Origin: Candidatus Cryptoclostridium obscurum
GTDB taxonomy: Bacteria > Bacillota > Dehalobacteriia > UBA7702
Length of the DNA: 64,000 nt
Reading direction: 5' to 3'
Assembly (NCBI GenBank): GCA_904420535.1
Contig: CAJFVQ010000009.1
Coordinates: forward strand, 7,694-71,693
In this document: piece after piece, positions 39,215 to 49,359 of the stretch
Layout: each line of letters starts with the position of its first letter
Numbering within the stretch: position 1 is the first letter of the stretch
Position numbers and translations under genes: made by a program
The notes under the pieces: model-generated
What the model saw: only the letters and a program-made list of their open reading frames with translations
Databases searched by the model: none
What the model was told of the DNA's origin: nothing

Positions 39215-40591
39215 ATGACAAGTCAAAGGGAGTCTGTGCATTTTATTGCCATTGGCGGCATTGGTATGAGTGCCTTGGCAAAAATATTACTGTCAATGGG
39301 GTACCGCGTCAGCGGTTCCGATGAAAAAGAATCCGATCGCTTGCAGGAATTGCGCTCCTTGGGAGCAACCATTTATATTGGTCACGCTGCAGAGCATGTT
39401 CCCGCCGATTGCAAAGAAGTGATTTATTCCAGCGCCATTAATATGGAGGAAAATCCCGAATATCTTTGCGCTGTAGCGCGGAATATTCCCATTACACACC
39501 GGGGAAGTCTTTTGGCGCGCCTTGTCAATGCCGGGCAGGGGTTTGCCGTTGCCGGTGCCCATGGGAAAACGACTACATCGGGAATGTTGTCCCTCATCTT
39601 GTATGAAACAGGGAAGAACCCCAATATTGTTATTGGGGGGACTTTACCCCAAATCAAAAGCAATGCTCAGAAAGGCGATAGTGACATTTGGGCCATTGAA
39701 GCTGACGAAAGCGACGGTTCCTTCCTTGAACTTCATCCTTATCTCACCGTGGTCACCAATATTGAGGAAGAACATATGGAACATTATAAGACTCGTTCCA
39801 ATTTGGATCATGCCTTTGCGGAATTTTGCGATAAAAGCCAACATGTGATTCTTTGCCTCGATAGTAAAATGGTACGGGAAACTGCTCAGATGTTAGAAAA
39901 ACCTTATGCTACTTACGGTTTAGAGCATTTGGCCGTGGATTTGACTGCGCGGAACCTTCGATATAGCGGCCGCGGTTCCGACGCGGAAGTCTACTACCGC
40001 GGGGAAAAAGTTGCGGATCTTCATCTCAATATCCCTGGACGACATAATATTGTCAATGCTTTGGGAGCGATGTATGCTGCTTTTCTTGCAGGGATTGATT
40101 TTTCAGCTTCTGCCGAAGTACTGGAGCATTTTACTGGTATGGGGCGACGGTTTGAAGTGATTTATGAAGACGATAATATTATGGTGGTGGATGATTATGC
40201 ACACCATCCCACAGAGGTAAAAGCTACCATTGAGGCAGGGCGTAATTGTTGTCCCAAGCGTTTGGTAGCAGTGTTTCAGCCTCATCGTTACAGCCGGGTA
40301 TTGGATCATTATGTGGAGTTTGGTAATTCTTTTGGCGATGCCGATATCATCATCATCAGTGAAATCTATTCTGCTTGGGAGGAACCGATTCAAGGGGTGA
40401 CTTCCCAAAAAATCGTCGATGAACTTGAGAAAAAAGGTTTGCACCCTATTTATATGAAAAGTAACGACGTTTTATTGGAGTATCTTAAATCCAACGTGGA
40501 AAAAGGCGATCTTGTACTGATGATGGGCGCGGGGGATATTTGGAAAACCACGAAAAAATTTGGTAGTTACTTAAAAGGAGAAAAATCATGA
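39215..40591 (+). CDS. murC: UDP-N-acetylmuramate--L-alanine ligase
   Basis: VHFIAIGGIGMSALA...AVAGAHGKTTT. RBS GGGGAGGAAAA. Confidence 0.85.
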   Translation: MTSQRESVHFIAIGGIGMSALAKILLSMGYRVSGSDEKESDRLQELRSLGATIYIGHAAEHVPADCKEVIYSSAINMEENPEYLCAVARNIPITHRGSLLARLVNAGQGFAVAGAHGKTTTSGMLSLILYETGKNPNIVIGGTLPQIKSNAQKGDSDIWAIEADESDGSFLELHPYLTVVTNIEEEHMEHYKTRSNLDHAFAEFCDKSQHVILCLDSKMVRETAQMLEKPYATYGLEHLAVDLTARNLRYSGRGSDAEVYYRGEKVADLHLNIPGRHNIVNALGAMYAAFLAGIDFSASAEVLEHFTGMGRRFEVIYEDDNIMVVDDYAHHPTEVKATIEAGRNCCPKRLVAVFQPHRYSRVLDHYVEFGNSFGDADIIIISEIYSAWEEPIQGVTSQKIVDELEKKGLHPIYMKSNDVLLEYLKSNVEKGDLVLMMGAGDIWKTTKKFGSYLKGEKS

Positions 40592-41490
40592 ATTTCAGCG
40601 GTCTTGAGGCGAAGGTAAAGGGGACGCTGGTTTATGATGCTCCGATGTCCCGATATACCACTTGGCGGATTGGCGGCAATGCTGACTGTCTCTTCCTCCC
40701 CGAAGACGGTGAAGATATTGTTGCTGCCTTGTCTTTTGCCAAAGACCGGGATATCCCTTATATGGTCATGGGGAATGGCTCCAATATGCTGGTATTGGAT
40801 GGAGGTATTCGCGGCCTCGTCATTAAAATCGGCGAGTCCATGTCTTCTTATACATTACAGGAAAATTTGGTGCTGGCGGCTCAAAGCGGTTGTATTTTGG
40901 CGAAAATGGCCAGAGAAACTGCACGAATGGGATTAAAAGGTTTGGAATGGGCTGCGGGGATTCCCGCAAGTCTTGGCGGCGCTGCTGTTATGAATGCCGG
41001 CGCTTACGAACATTCTTTTTATGAAACGCTGCAAGCAGTTGAAATCATCAATGGGGATGGGAAACTTTCTACCATTACCGTGGATGATCTGGAATATGGC
41101 TACCGTAATACTTCGCTGATGCAGAGCGGCGTTGTAGTTACGAAGGTTTTTTTACAAATGGAAGAAGGTATTGCGGAAGAACTTACAGCATCAGTTGATA
41201 TGACATTAAAAAGCCGCCGCGACAAACAGCCTTTAGAATTACCTTCTGCCGGCAGCGTGTTTAAAAATCCTCCAGGGGACCATGCTGGTCGTTTGGTAGA
41301 GGCTTCCGGTCTTCGTGGTCTTATGTTGGGCGGCGCCCAAGTATCGGAAAAACACGGTAATTTTATCGTAAATATTGATCATGCAACAGCCCAGGATGTG
41401 CTGGCTTTGATTGATCAGGTCCAGCATATCGTCAATCAAAAATTTGGAATTATGTTAGAGCCTGAGGTACGCCTGGTCGGTGAAAAATAG
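40588..41490 (+). CDS. murB: UDP-N-acetylenolpyruvoylglucosamine reductase
   Basis: FAD-binding TWRIGGNADCLF...GNGSNMLV and C-terminal SAGSVFKNP. ATGA overlap with murC. Confidence 0.85.
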   Translation: MNFSGLEAKVKGTLVYDAPMSRYTTWRIGGNADCLFLPEDGEDIVAALSFAKDRDIPYMVMGNGSNMLVLDGGIRGLVIKIGESMSSYTLQENLVLAAQSGCILAKMARETARMGLKGLEWAAGIPASLGGAAVMNAGAYEHSFYETLQAVEIINGDGKLSTITVDDLEYGYRNTSLMQSGVVVTKVFLQMEEGIAEELTASVDMTLKSRRDKQPLELPSAGSVFKNPPGDHAGRLVEASGLRGLMLGGAQVSEKHGNFIVNIDHATAQDVLALIDQVQHIVNQKFGIMLEPEVRLVGEK

Positions 41491-41518
41491 ACCCGGCGAT
41501 ATATTCGAGGAGGAAACC

Positions 41519-42772
41519 ATGGAAGTACTCAGAATCGCAGGTCAACAGCGGCTGGAAGGGGAAACTTCTCTTGGCGGTGCCAAAAATGCGGTGTTGCCTA
41601 TTATGGCCGCATGTCTCCTCATTGATGGCGAAATCATATTGCATAATGTCCCGGCGCTTACCGATGTTCTCGGTATGCGCCGGATTTTAGAATTATTCCA
41701 TTGCAGCGTGTCCACAGACAGTGACACGCTGGTAATTTCTACGAAAGGAATTTGTCCCGGAGAGCTTCCCGATGAGTTGATGAAATCTATGCGGGCGTCG
41801 AATCTTATTTGGGGACCTTGCCTCGGACGCTTTGGGAAATCAGATATTCCCTTGCCTGGGGGCTGTCCCATCGGTGTGCGTCCTATGGATATTCATATCA
41901 AAGGAATGAAAGCTCTCGGCGCTATGGTGGAAGAACATCATGGCCATATCATAAGCGATGGTCGGCATATGCGCGGGACGGAAATTTATCTTGATTTTCC
42001 CAGTGTCGGCGCAACAGAAAATCTCGTAATGGCCGCGGTGAAAACACCCGGGGTGACGGTTTTTCGCAACGTGGCCAAAGAACCTGAAGTCGTTGATTTA
42101 TGTTGTTTTTTGAAAGAGGCCGGGGCAAAGATCAACGGCATCGGCACTGATACTTTACGGGTGGAGGGGGTAAAGTCCTTACATTCTTTGGAGTATACAG
42201 TGATCCCTGATCGGATCGTCGCTGGTACGATTCTGTTGGCGGCTGCAATGACCCGCGGTGATGTTACGATTACCAATGTGATTCCGGAGCATTTGGAGGC
42301 ATTGTTGGCAAAAATGGCCGAAGCCGGGATTACGGTGGAACGGGAGCATTCCAGTCTGCGGGTTCATCATGTGGGTGCCATCGGCCCCGTCGATTTAAAA
42401 ACGTTGCCTTACCCTGGATTTCCCACAGATATCCAGCCACAGTTTATGACAGTTTTGTCTGTGGCTCAAGGGACATCGGTGATTTGTGAGAGTATTTTTG
42501 AAAATCGTTATCAGCATTGTGATGAATTACGCCGTATGGGGGCAGATATTAAAGTCGATGGACGTACCGCCATCATCCAAGGAAGCGATCATCTCGACGG
42601 AGCAATGGTTGACGCTACGGATTTGCGGGGCGGGGCGGCACTCCTTATGGCGGGGATGGCGGCTCATGGTGAGACACTACTGGGGAATATCTGCCATATT
42701 GATCGTGGTTATTGTCATATTGAGAAACTGTTTTGCCATTTGGGCGCGGATATTCGCCGTGTACTTGTATAA
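41519..42772 (+). CDS. murA: UDP-N-acetylglucosamine 1-carboxyvinyltransferase
   Basis: GGAKNAVLPIMAA...the catalytic Cys region GGCPIGVRP. RBS GAGGAGGAAACC. Confidence 0.85.
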   Translation: MEVLRIAGQQRLEGETSLGGAKNAVLPIMAACLLIDGEIILHNVPALTDVLGMRRILELFHCSVSTDSDTLVISTKGICPGELPDELMKSMRASNLIWGPCLGRFGKSDIPLPGGCPIGVRPMDIHIKGMKALGAMVEEHHGHIISDGRHMRGTEIYLDFPSVGATENLVMAAVKTPGVTVFRNVAKEPEVVDLCCFLKEAGAKINGIGTDTLRVEGVKSLHSLEYTVIPDRIVAGTILLAAAMTRGDVTITNVIPEHLEALLAKMAEAGITVEREHSSLRVHHVGAIGPVDLKTLPYPGFPTDIQPQFMTVLSVAQGTSVICESIFENRYQHCDELRRMGADIKVDGRTAIIQGSDHLDGAMVDATDLRGGAALLMAGMAAHGETLLGNICHIDRGYCHIEKLFCHLGADIRRVLV

Positions 42773-42786
42773 GGGAAACATCCAAA

Positions 42787-42815
42787 AAGAGGAAAGGTTT
42801 AACCTTTCCTCTTTT
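42787..42815 (+). terminator. terminator ending the dcw/mur transcription unit
   Basis: AAGAGGAAAGGTT-taa-CCTTTCCTCTT followed by TT. Confidence 0.6.
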
Positions 42816-43295
42816 ATAATATATGAATTGCTTTGTCATTTTAAAATCAGTGGTTCCGAAAAAATTATGGACATGTTATGGCAATGTCTGTTTGATTCAA
42901 ATTAACTTTTAAGCGGTCTTTTGGGCGAAAAAATAACTCCCTGGGGTAAGGGAGCATGGGGAAAGAATAAAATTGTTGGGGACTGGGGGAGTCGCCGAAA
43001 GGAGAAGGTGAGACGATCGGCGCTCCGCAATCTGATTCAGAGTTTGGTGATTATTCATGTCAAGACAACATTTCTCATAGATCGGGGTAATGCAAAATCG
43101 TATCCTTTGAAATAAGAAATACCGCCTTTTCATGTTAGAATTATCATAAATCAATCAGTTCAAAATTGACAGCAATCTTACGTAAAATTCATGCAAAATA
43201 TTGATTGAGAGATGTCAAATGATGGCCATGATGGAATAAGTAGAAACCATGGAAAAGTGAATCGTTCTTCTTCTAGATTTCAGTCAGATAATGTA

Positions 43296-44087
43296 TCAAA
43301 GAGGGAGATCTTTCCTTTGGAACCATAAAATCCCCATCAAATATAGGGCAATAGATATGATAATCATGCTTACAAAGTCTTGGAGGTAACCGCTTCCTTC
43401 CAAAATTTTTTCCGTATCGAAAAGGGTATTTAAGGTGAAATATTTCAGAAATTCCAGATCTTCGGAGATCTTAATCAACAAACTGATCACAAAAAACAGT
43501 AACGGGATCCCAGCACCAAAGGTCAAAGAGTTTTTTGAAGTATTGAATATGCAAGAGGAACAAAAACAAATGCTGCTGATTGCCCAATGATACAGAAAAA
43601 CTCCTAAATTCATCATCAAAAAAGTATTAATATCCAATGCCTCGGGCTGAAAATGGTTGGCCGACAAGATTCCTACGGCGGTGGCGAGTCCCCACATCAC
43701 AATGAGAGATAGTACCAAATAAAGTGCACTCGTTACTGTGATCTGGGACCGCGTTGTAGGCGTTGATAAAAATCCCGCCATACTTCCCTTGTCGACCCGT
43801 TCTGCAATCAAACGGTTTCCCAACATAATGGAATAAGCCATGGGAAAAATAATCGCCATCAATGCATAAAAGGAATTTGCCATAAATCCGATTAAAGTTC
43901 CGTTGCCGGTAAGGATGTTTGCGGCAATGGTTCCTTCTGTGGCAGACTGTAACTGATCCACAGTCGCCGGTGTGAAAACATTGGTCATGATCACGAGGAA
44001 AATACATAAAACCAAAGTAAAAGCAATTAAGAATTTCGCATTAGAAATTGCGATTTGTTTGAAATATGGAAAACTAAACATCTTCAT
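43296..44087 (-). CDS. ABC-2 family exporter permease
   Basis: Six TM helices with no conserved catalytic motifs. Overlaps the upstream ATPase gene by 14 nt. Confidence 0.6.
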   Translation of the reverse strand: MKMFSFPYFKQIAISNAKFLIAFTLVLCIFLVIMTNVFTPATVDQLQSATEGTIAANILTGNGTLIGFMANSFYALMAIIFPMAYSIMLGNRLIAERVDKGSMAGFLSTPTTRSQITVTSALYLVLSLIVMWGLATAVGILSANHFQPEALDINTFLMMNLGVFLYHWAISSICFCSSCIFNTSKNSLTFGAGIPLLFFVISLLIKISEDLEFLKYFTLNTLFDTEKILEGSGYLQDFVSMIIISIALYLMGILWFQRKDLPL

Positions 44088-44967
44088 TCCCTCCGTAAAA
44101 CTGCATAAAGTATTCTTCCAGCGAGTGCCTTTCTTCTTTCAAAGAATATAATTTGTATTTTGCCAGCTGGGCAATGAAATGATTGATTTCGGCATCCTTA
44201 ATTGAAATTACCATTTGATTCTCTTTTTTGAACGCCCCATGAGGAAATGATTTTTTGATCATGGGTAGATTTGAGGAATCCGCAAATGTAACGATGTATG
44301 TTTTTAATTGTGAGTGGCGTAATTCGTCAATGGTGACTTCTCTGAGTAGTTTCCCATGTCGAATCATACCCACTCTGTCACAAGTTTTTTCGACTTCTTC
44401 AAAAATATGAGAAGATAAAAGTATGGTCTTCCCTTTGTTTTTTTCTGTTTCTACCAGTTCTACAAAGCGGTTTTGCATCAGAGGATCCAGGCCGCTGGTA
44501 GGTTCGTCCAATAGTAAAATATCGGGATCATGCATAAAAGCGGAGACAATTCCCAGTTTTTGCTTCATTCCCTTTGACATTCGTTTGATTCCCGTATCGG
44601 GATCCAAATGGAACTGGTGTAAAAGTTCTTCAGTATAACGGAAATCCTTCATATTGCGCATTTTAGCGATCAATTTCAAATATCCAATTCCCGTCATCTC
44701 ATCGGGAAAAGAAATTTCTCCGGGGAGATACCCTAAGTTCCTCTGAATTATTTTTTGTTTGTGCCAGCAATCCATTCCTCCAATGGAAACAGTGCCTGAT
44801 TGCGCTTTGATAAACCCCATCAGAAGTCGCATAGTGGTGGATTTGCCTGCACCGTTGGCTCCCAAATAACCATAAATCTCTCCTTCTTTGATCGAGAGAG
44901 ATACGTCGAAGATTCCTTTTCCGTTTCCGTAATCTTTGGTAAGCTGCTGAGCCTCAATGATATTCAA
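44074..44967 (-). CDS. ABC transporter ATP-binding protein (ABC-2/bacitracin-type exporter)
   Basis: Walker A GANGAGKST, signature MSKGMKQKL, Walker B ILLLDEPTSGLD. Preferred start is TTG (LNIIEAQQLTKDYG) with GGAAGGTGA upstream. The track start is 45006. Confidence 0.8.
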   Translation of the reverse strand: MNIIEAQQLTKDYGNGKGIFDVSLSIKEGEIYGYLGANGAGKSTTMRLLMGFIKAQSGTVSIGGMDCWHKQKIIQRNLGYLPGEISFPDEMTGIGYLKLIAKMRNMKDFRYTEELLHQFHLDPDTGIKRMSKGMKQKLGIVSAFMHDPDILLLDEPTSGLDPLMQNRFVELVETEKNKGKTILLSSHIFEEVEKTCDRVGMIRHGKLLREVTIDELRHSQLKTYIVTFADSSNLPMIKKSFPHGAFKKENQMVISIKDAEINHFIAQLAKYKLYSLKEERHSLEEYFMQFYGGNEDV

Positions 44968-45117
44968 AAAATCACCTTCCTTGTTTCCTATTGGAGATGG
45001 TTCCATCGGTTCCTACTTTAAGAAAAGTATATTTTTTTACCCATGGGAATTCAATCAACAATCCTATGCAAATTGTCGGTATTTATGTTACTATTATGGA
45101 ATAAAGGGGGCCTCAGT

Positions 45118-45702
45118 ATGAGAAAACACGACACAAATGCAGATTTTATTGCTGCTTTCTGGAAATTATATGAAAAAAAGAGAATTGAAAAGATCTCAAT
45201 TCGTGAAATTTGCCAGTTGGCAGGGTATAACCGCACCACTTTTTATGCGCATTATCAGAATATTTATGATTTGTTGGGAAAGGCTGCTTTGAATATTGTG
45301 AAACCGATAAAGGAAGCCATGAATCGCGCAGCGGATTTCAGCATCATTTTTGACAGCCATCTTCTGGAGAAACTCTTTTTGAAGATTTTTCAACAGGAGG
45401 ATCGATACATTGAGCTACTGTTTCGAAATCAACATGATTATATTTTAGCAGAGAAGATCAAAACGGAACTGATTTCCTTAATGAAAGAAAAATGTGTTGC
45501 ATCAAATATTGACTTTCAAAATCTGCAATATCTTCTGGAATACCAGATTTCTGCTGTTTTGGGGATTATACGTTATTGGTTCCAAACTGATAAAAAATTA
45601 GCGGAACATGAATTGATTGAGATGATTTATCATATTTCTACCCAAGGTGTTTTAACCGTCGTAAGAAAAAAAATTGCTGAAAGTGCCGCTGCTAAACCAT
45701 AA
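45118..45702 (+). CDS. TetR/AcrR-family transcriptional regulator
   Basis: N-terminal HTH ISIREICQLAGYNRTTFYAHYQNIYDL, then a helical ligand domain. RBS AAAGGGGG. Confidence 0.7.
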   Translation: MRKHDTNADFIAAFWKLYEKKRIEKISIREICQLAGYNRTTFYAHYQNIYDLLGKAALNIVKPIKEAMNRAADFSIIFDSHLLEKLFLKIFQQEDRYIELLFRNQHDYILAEKIKTELISLMKEKCVASNIDFQNLQYLLEYQISAVLGIIRYWFQTDKKLAEHELIEMIYHISTQGVLTVVRKKIAESAAAKP

Positions 45703-45733
45703 AAAGCCCGACATTTTGTCGGGCTTTTTTTAT
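45701..45733 (+). terminator. rho-independent terminator after the TetR gene
   Basis: AAAAAGCCCGAC-atttt-GTCGGGCTTTTTTT. Confidence 0.65.
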
Positions 45734-45824
45734 GGTTACGGAATTCGCTATCATGACAAATGGAAGCAATTCGACATATTACAGGGTTTTGGTGGTGTAG
45801 AATGAGGTATAGTTTGTTGTACTG

Positions 45825-46304
45825 TCAAACGTATTCATTGATCCTCCGGATTTCTTCTTCCGTTAAATAGCGTTTGGGGACAATAATAAATTGGGAAGCA
45901 TCAGGATAGATATAAAAGCATTTTCCCGTACGGCCAATATAATAGAGTTTTTCCCAGGTAAAAGAAATCATTTTATTATCCCGTCCCGCCGAGGTGGTAA
46001 TGCCTTTTTCCGTGAAAATCAGCTTTCTTGGTTGAGAATTTCCACCTTTACTGGACATAAATATGGTACCGATAAATCCTGCCAATAGAACCAAAAAACC
46101 TCCGGCGATCCAGCAGAGAAGTGTCGGCACGTTAAAAATGCCAGCTAATTTTGTGATGAGAACACCAACAGAAAATGCAACAAATACGATGAGATACCCT
46201 AAAATCCATTTTTTACGAAAGAAAAGATTATAAAACATCGCGTTTCTGCGGTCTTGCTCTGTTAATTCCGTTGTGATTTCAATGGTTTGGTTTTCTTGTG
46301 CCAT
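45825..46304 (-). CDS. YcxB-like membrane protein
   Basis: Two TM helices after a short N-terminus, then a C-terminal bPH-like soluble domain (FTEKGITTSAGRDNKMISFTWEKLYYIG). RBS AAGGAAGGA. Confidence 0.5.
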   Translation of the reverse strand: MAQENQTIEITTELTEQDRRNAMFYNLFFRKKWILGYLIVFVAFSVGVLITKLAGIFNVPTLLCWIAGGFLVLLAGFIGTIFMSSKGGNSQPRKLIFTEKGITTSAGRDNKMISFTWEKLYYIGRTGKCFYIYPDASQFIIVPKRYLTEEEIRRINEYV

Positions 46305-46317
46305 GGGATCCTTCCTT

Positions 46318-46599
46318 TTATTTTTGGTTATCTCTATGGTTTTCGTTTAATATTTTGCGGAATGCGTTTAACTGATACATAAATTCTTCCAGCCGCCTCT
46401 GCTCTCGTTCTGCCTTTCCCTCCGCTGTAATGAGGTCCTGCCGGCGCAAATAGCGGATTGTTTTTAAACAGCTGTTATCCAAAGCCAAACGGATGATCTC
46501 TTCGTCGCAAAGGGATGGATTATCCTTTAAAATGGCTAAGCTGCGATGGTCCTCCTTATTTCGCAAAGCATCGATAAGCTGAAATTTTTTGGTTTCCAT
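46318..46599 (-). CDS. hypothetical small helical protein
   Basis: 94 aa. Start METKKF with AAAGAGGA 7 nt upstream, immediately after the purF stop. No recognisable motifs. Confidence 0.35.
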   Translation of the reverse strand: METKKFQLIDALRNKEDHRSLAILKDNPSLCDEEIIRLALDNSCLKTIRYLRRQDLITAEGKAEREQRRLEEFMYQLNAFRKILNENHRDNQK

Positions 46600-46601
46600 G
46601 G

Positions 46602-47993
46602 TCAGTCCTCTTTGACAGTGACCGGTGTGGGATAATCTCCGGAGAAACAGGCGTCGCAATAAGTTTGGAAACGACAATCCGGCAGGATACGGACGAGGTC
46701 TTCAATTTTGAAAAATCCCAAAGAATCCGCGTCGAGGAGCTGGCGAATTTCCTCAATTGTGTGGTTACAAGCGGTTAGTTGCTTTTTCTCTGGTAAATCA
46801 ATCCCATAAAAGCAGGGCCATACAAACGTTGGCGCACTGATACGCATATGAACTTCTTTGGCGCCGGCTTTTTTCAACATTTTAATGATGCTGGCGCTGG
46901 TTGTTCCTCGTACCATACTGTCATCGACCAGAACCACGCGTTTCCCGTCGACGGTATGCTTCAAAGCGTTGAGCTTAATGCGAACAGCCTCTTCCCGTTG
47001 TACCTGTACTGGTTGAATAAAGGTTCGGCCAATATAGCGGTTTTTGATCAGGCCTACACCGTAAGGGATTCCGGATTCTTGGCTATAGCCAATGGCTGCG
47101 TCAATACCGCTGTCTGGTACGGCAATAACGACATCGGCATCAACGGGATAACGTTGGGCCAGGATACGTCCGGCCATCTGGCGGGAGAGGTAAATGCTTT
47201 GTCCGTCCATAATGCTATCTGGACGGGCAAAATAAATATATTCAAAAATACAAGGACGGGGGGCGCGTTTTTCTTCTTTTTTGGGGAAAGAGCGCAAACC
47301 ATCTTTATCAATGACTACCAGTTCGCCAGGATCAATATCCCGCACAAAAGTGCCGCCAATGGCGTCAATGGCGCAACTTTCCGAAGCTAGAATATAGGAC
47401 TTCCCTTTCATGCCGAGACATAGAGGCTTGATCCCCAAGGGATCCCGCATGCCCACCAGTTTTGTGGGACACATCACCAAAAGGGCAAAGGAACCGTTGA
47501 CTTGTTCCGTTGCGCGACGCACAGAGTCCTCCAAATGGGGATAATGGACGCCTTCTTTGGCGATGAGATACGCCATGATTTCGGAATCAATAGCGGTGTG
47601 GAAGATCGCTCCCTGTTCTTTCATGAGTTTTTGTTTTAATTCCACAGAATCTACCAGATTGCCGTTGTGGGCGATACTCAAAGTTCCGCTGACTGATTGC
47701 ATGACCAGGGGTTGTGCATTGGCTTTTTCACTGTTGCCCGTTGTAGAATAACGGCAATGGCCAATGCCGATATTACCCTGCATGGAGTCGATCATATCGC
47801 TACTGAATACTTCATTCACAAGCCCCATATCTTTGTGATGTTTTACCACACCTTTATTGCTCACAGCCATGCCGCAGCTTTCTTGACCGCGGTGTTGGAG
47901 AGCAAAAAGTCCGTAATATAAATCTTTCGGCAGATTCCAGTTATCATTATTATAAATGCCGATGACACCACAGGCTTCCTTAATATCTGACAT
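46602..47993 (-). CDS. purF: amidophosphoribosyltransferase
   Basis: N-terminal nucleophile MCGVIGIYNND (MSDIKEACGVIG), the PRTase motif VVLVDDSMVRGTT, and C-terminal Fe-S cysteines. RBS AGGAGGG. Confidence 0.9.
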   Translation of the reverse strand: MSDIKEACGVIGIYNNDNWNLPKDLYYGLFALQHRGQESCGMAVSNKGVVKHHKDMGLVNEVFSSDMIDSMQGNIGIGHCRYSTTGNSEKANAQPLVMQSVSGTLSIAHNGNLVDSVELKQKLMKEQGAIFHTAIDSEIMAYLIAKEGVHYPHLEDSVRRATEQVNGSFALLVMCPTKLVGMRDPLGIKPLCLGMKGKSYILASESCAIDAIGGTFVRDIDPGELVVIDKDGLRSFPKKEEKRAPRPCIFEYIYFARPDSIMDGQSIYLSRQMAGRILAQRYPVDADVVIAVPDSGIDAAIGYSQESGIPYGVGLIKNRYIGRTFIQPVQVQREEAVRIKLNALKHTVDGKRVVLVDDSMVRGTTSASIIKMLKKAGAKEVHMRISAPTFVWPCFYGIDLPEKKQLTACNHTIEEIRQLLDADSLGFFKIEDLVRILPDCRFQTYCDACFSGDYPTPVTVKED

Positions 47994-48069
47994 TTGTCCC
48001 TCCTGAGTGGAAATTCCTGATATCCTTTTCAAATTTCATCTGATTTTATAAAATAAAAAATCATAATAA

Positions 48070-48098
48070 ATTGTACGCCATTTCGCCGGTTTTTTCAA
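48070..48098 (-). promoter_or_regulatory. sigma-A promoter for purF
   Basis: On the minus strand: TTGAAA, a 17 nt spacer, then TACAAT, about 80 nt upstream of the purF start. Confidence 0.45.
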
Positions 48099-48298
48099 GG
48101 TTTTTCTCGTCCTGCAACTGTATTTTTCTAATTCTGTCTAAAGATGGAAAAATGCAAGTTCACTTGTGCTTTTGGCTGAACAGCGAGTTTTGGAAACGGA
48201 TAGGAATTTGTCAGTGGTAGGTGCCATCTTCTCTCTGAAAATGTTTGAGAATATTTGGCGAAAAAATATGCGTTTGTAGTTAAGTGGGGAAATGGTAG

Positions 48299-48341
48299 GG
48301 CGGCAGTTCCCTAAAGTGAGGGAACTACCGCCTGTTTTTTT
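48299..48341 (+). terminator. orphan plus-strand intrinsic terminator (no plus-strand gene upstream)
   Basis: GGCGGCAGTTCCCT-aaagtg-AGGGAACTACCGCC (14 bp, one mismatch) followed by TGTTTTTTT. On the minus strand the hairpin is not followed by a U-run. Confidence 0.5.
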
Positions 48342-48343
48342 AA

Positions 48344-49213
48344 TTACGGCAAGTCTGCAATGTGTTCAAAAAGGAAATCTATGAAATATTTACTTGCTAT
48401 TGGCATGGAATTTTTGTCTTTCATAATTAGACCGATTTTTCGGGTAAGAATTGGCTTTATCGGTAATATCGCAACTAGATAATTGGTTTTTCTTAAAACC
48501 AATTCCGGCAAAATACTAACGCCTAATCCTGACTCGATCATGGATAAAATAGAATAATCGTCATGAACGCAAAGCCTGACGTTTGGTTCCAGTCCGGCTT
48601 GTTTGAATGCTTCCAGTGGTTCGCTAAGTGCGCCTTCTTCCAAAAGCAAAAAAGGCTCCTTTGCGAGCTTGTCCAGTGTAATATATTTTGTTTCTGCTAA
48701 CGGGTGGTTTACAGGTAAGACAGCCCGTAATTCTCCTGTTTTAATAAATCTTGTTTTAACGCCGGGAATGGCGTCGGGATTTACAAAACCGAAATCGGCT
48801 TCTCCTGTCCGTACCCATTCTGGAATAGATGTATAATCTCCTTGATGAAGTACGAATTGCACATTTGGATAAACTTCTTGAAATTGTTTGATTAAACCGG
48901 GGAGCCAATGACAGGAAATACTTGATATCGTTCCTATGCGGATCGTTCCACTGTTCAGCCCTTTGATTTCCTTTGAAATTTCCAGCATAGCCTGATATCC
49001 GGCAACAGTTTTTTTAATGGAGGGAAAAAGCCGTTCCCCCTCTAACGTCAAGTGAATCCCATACCTGGAACGATAAAGCAGCTTAATCGACAATTCTCTT
49101 TCCAGGGAGGAAATCATCTGGCTTATTGCAGGCTGCGTATAACCTAATACATCGGCGGCTTTTGTAAAGCTGCCAAGTTCCACTATTTTTTGTAACGCAA
49201 TATACCTGTTCAT
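48344..49213 (-). CDS. LysR-family transcriptional regulator
   Basis: N-terminal HTH YIALQKIVELGSFTKAADVLGYTQPAISQMISSLERELSIKLL and a C-terminal substrate-binding domain. Confidence 0.8.
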   Translation of the reverse strand: MNRYIALQKIVELGSFTKAADVLGYTQPAISQMISSLERELSIKLLYRSRYGIHLTLEGERLFPSIKKTVAGYQAMLEISKEIKGLNSGTIRIGTISSISCHWLPGLIKQFQEVYPNVQFVLHQGDYTSIPEWVRTGEADFGFVNPDAIPGVKTRFIKTGELRAVLPVNHPLAETKYITLDKLAKEPFLLLEEGALSEPLEAFKQAGLEPNVRLCVHDDYSILSMIESGLGVSILPELVLRKTNYLVAILPIKPILTRKIGLIMKDKNSMPIASKYFIDFLFEHIADLP

Positions 49214-49359
49214 TTTTTAAATAACCTTTCTGCATGTTTCTATCATAATTATTTATTTTACTTATTTTTGTTCATACGTATATACTGAAACAAGGGAAAA
49301 CTCAAGGAGATATCAACATATCTCATAAGAATGTAAAACGATAATATGGTTTGGGTAAC

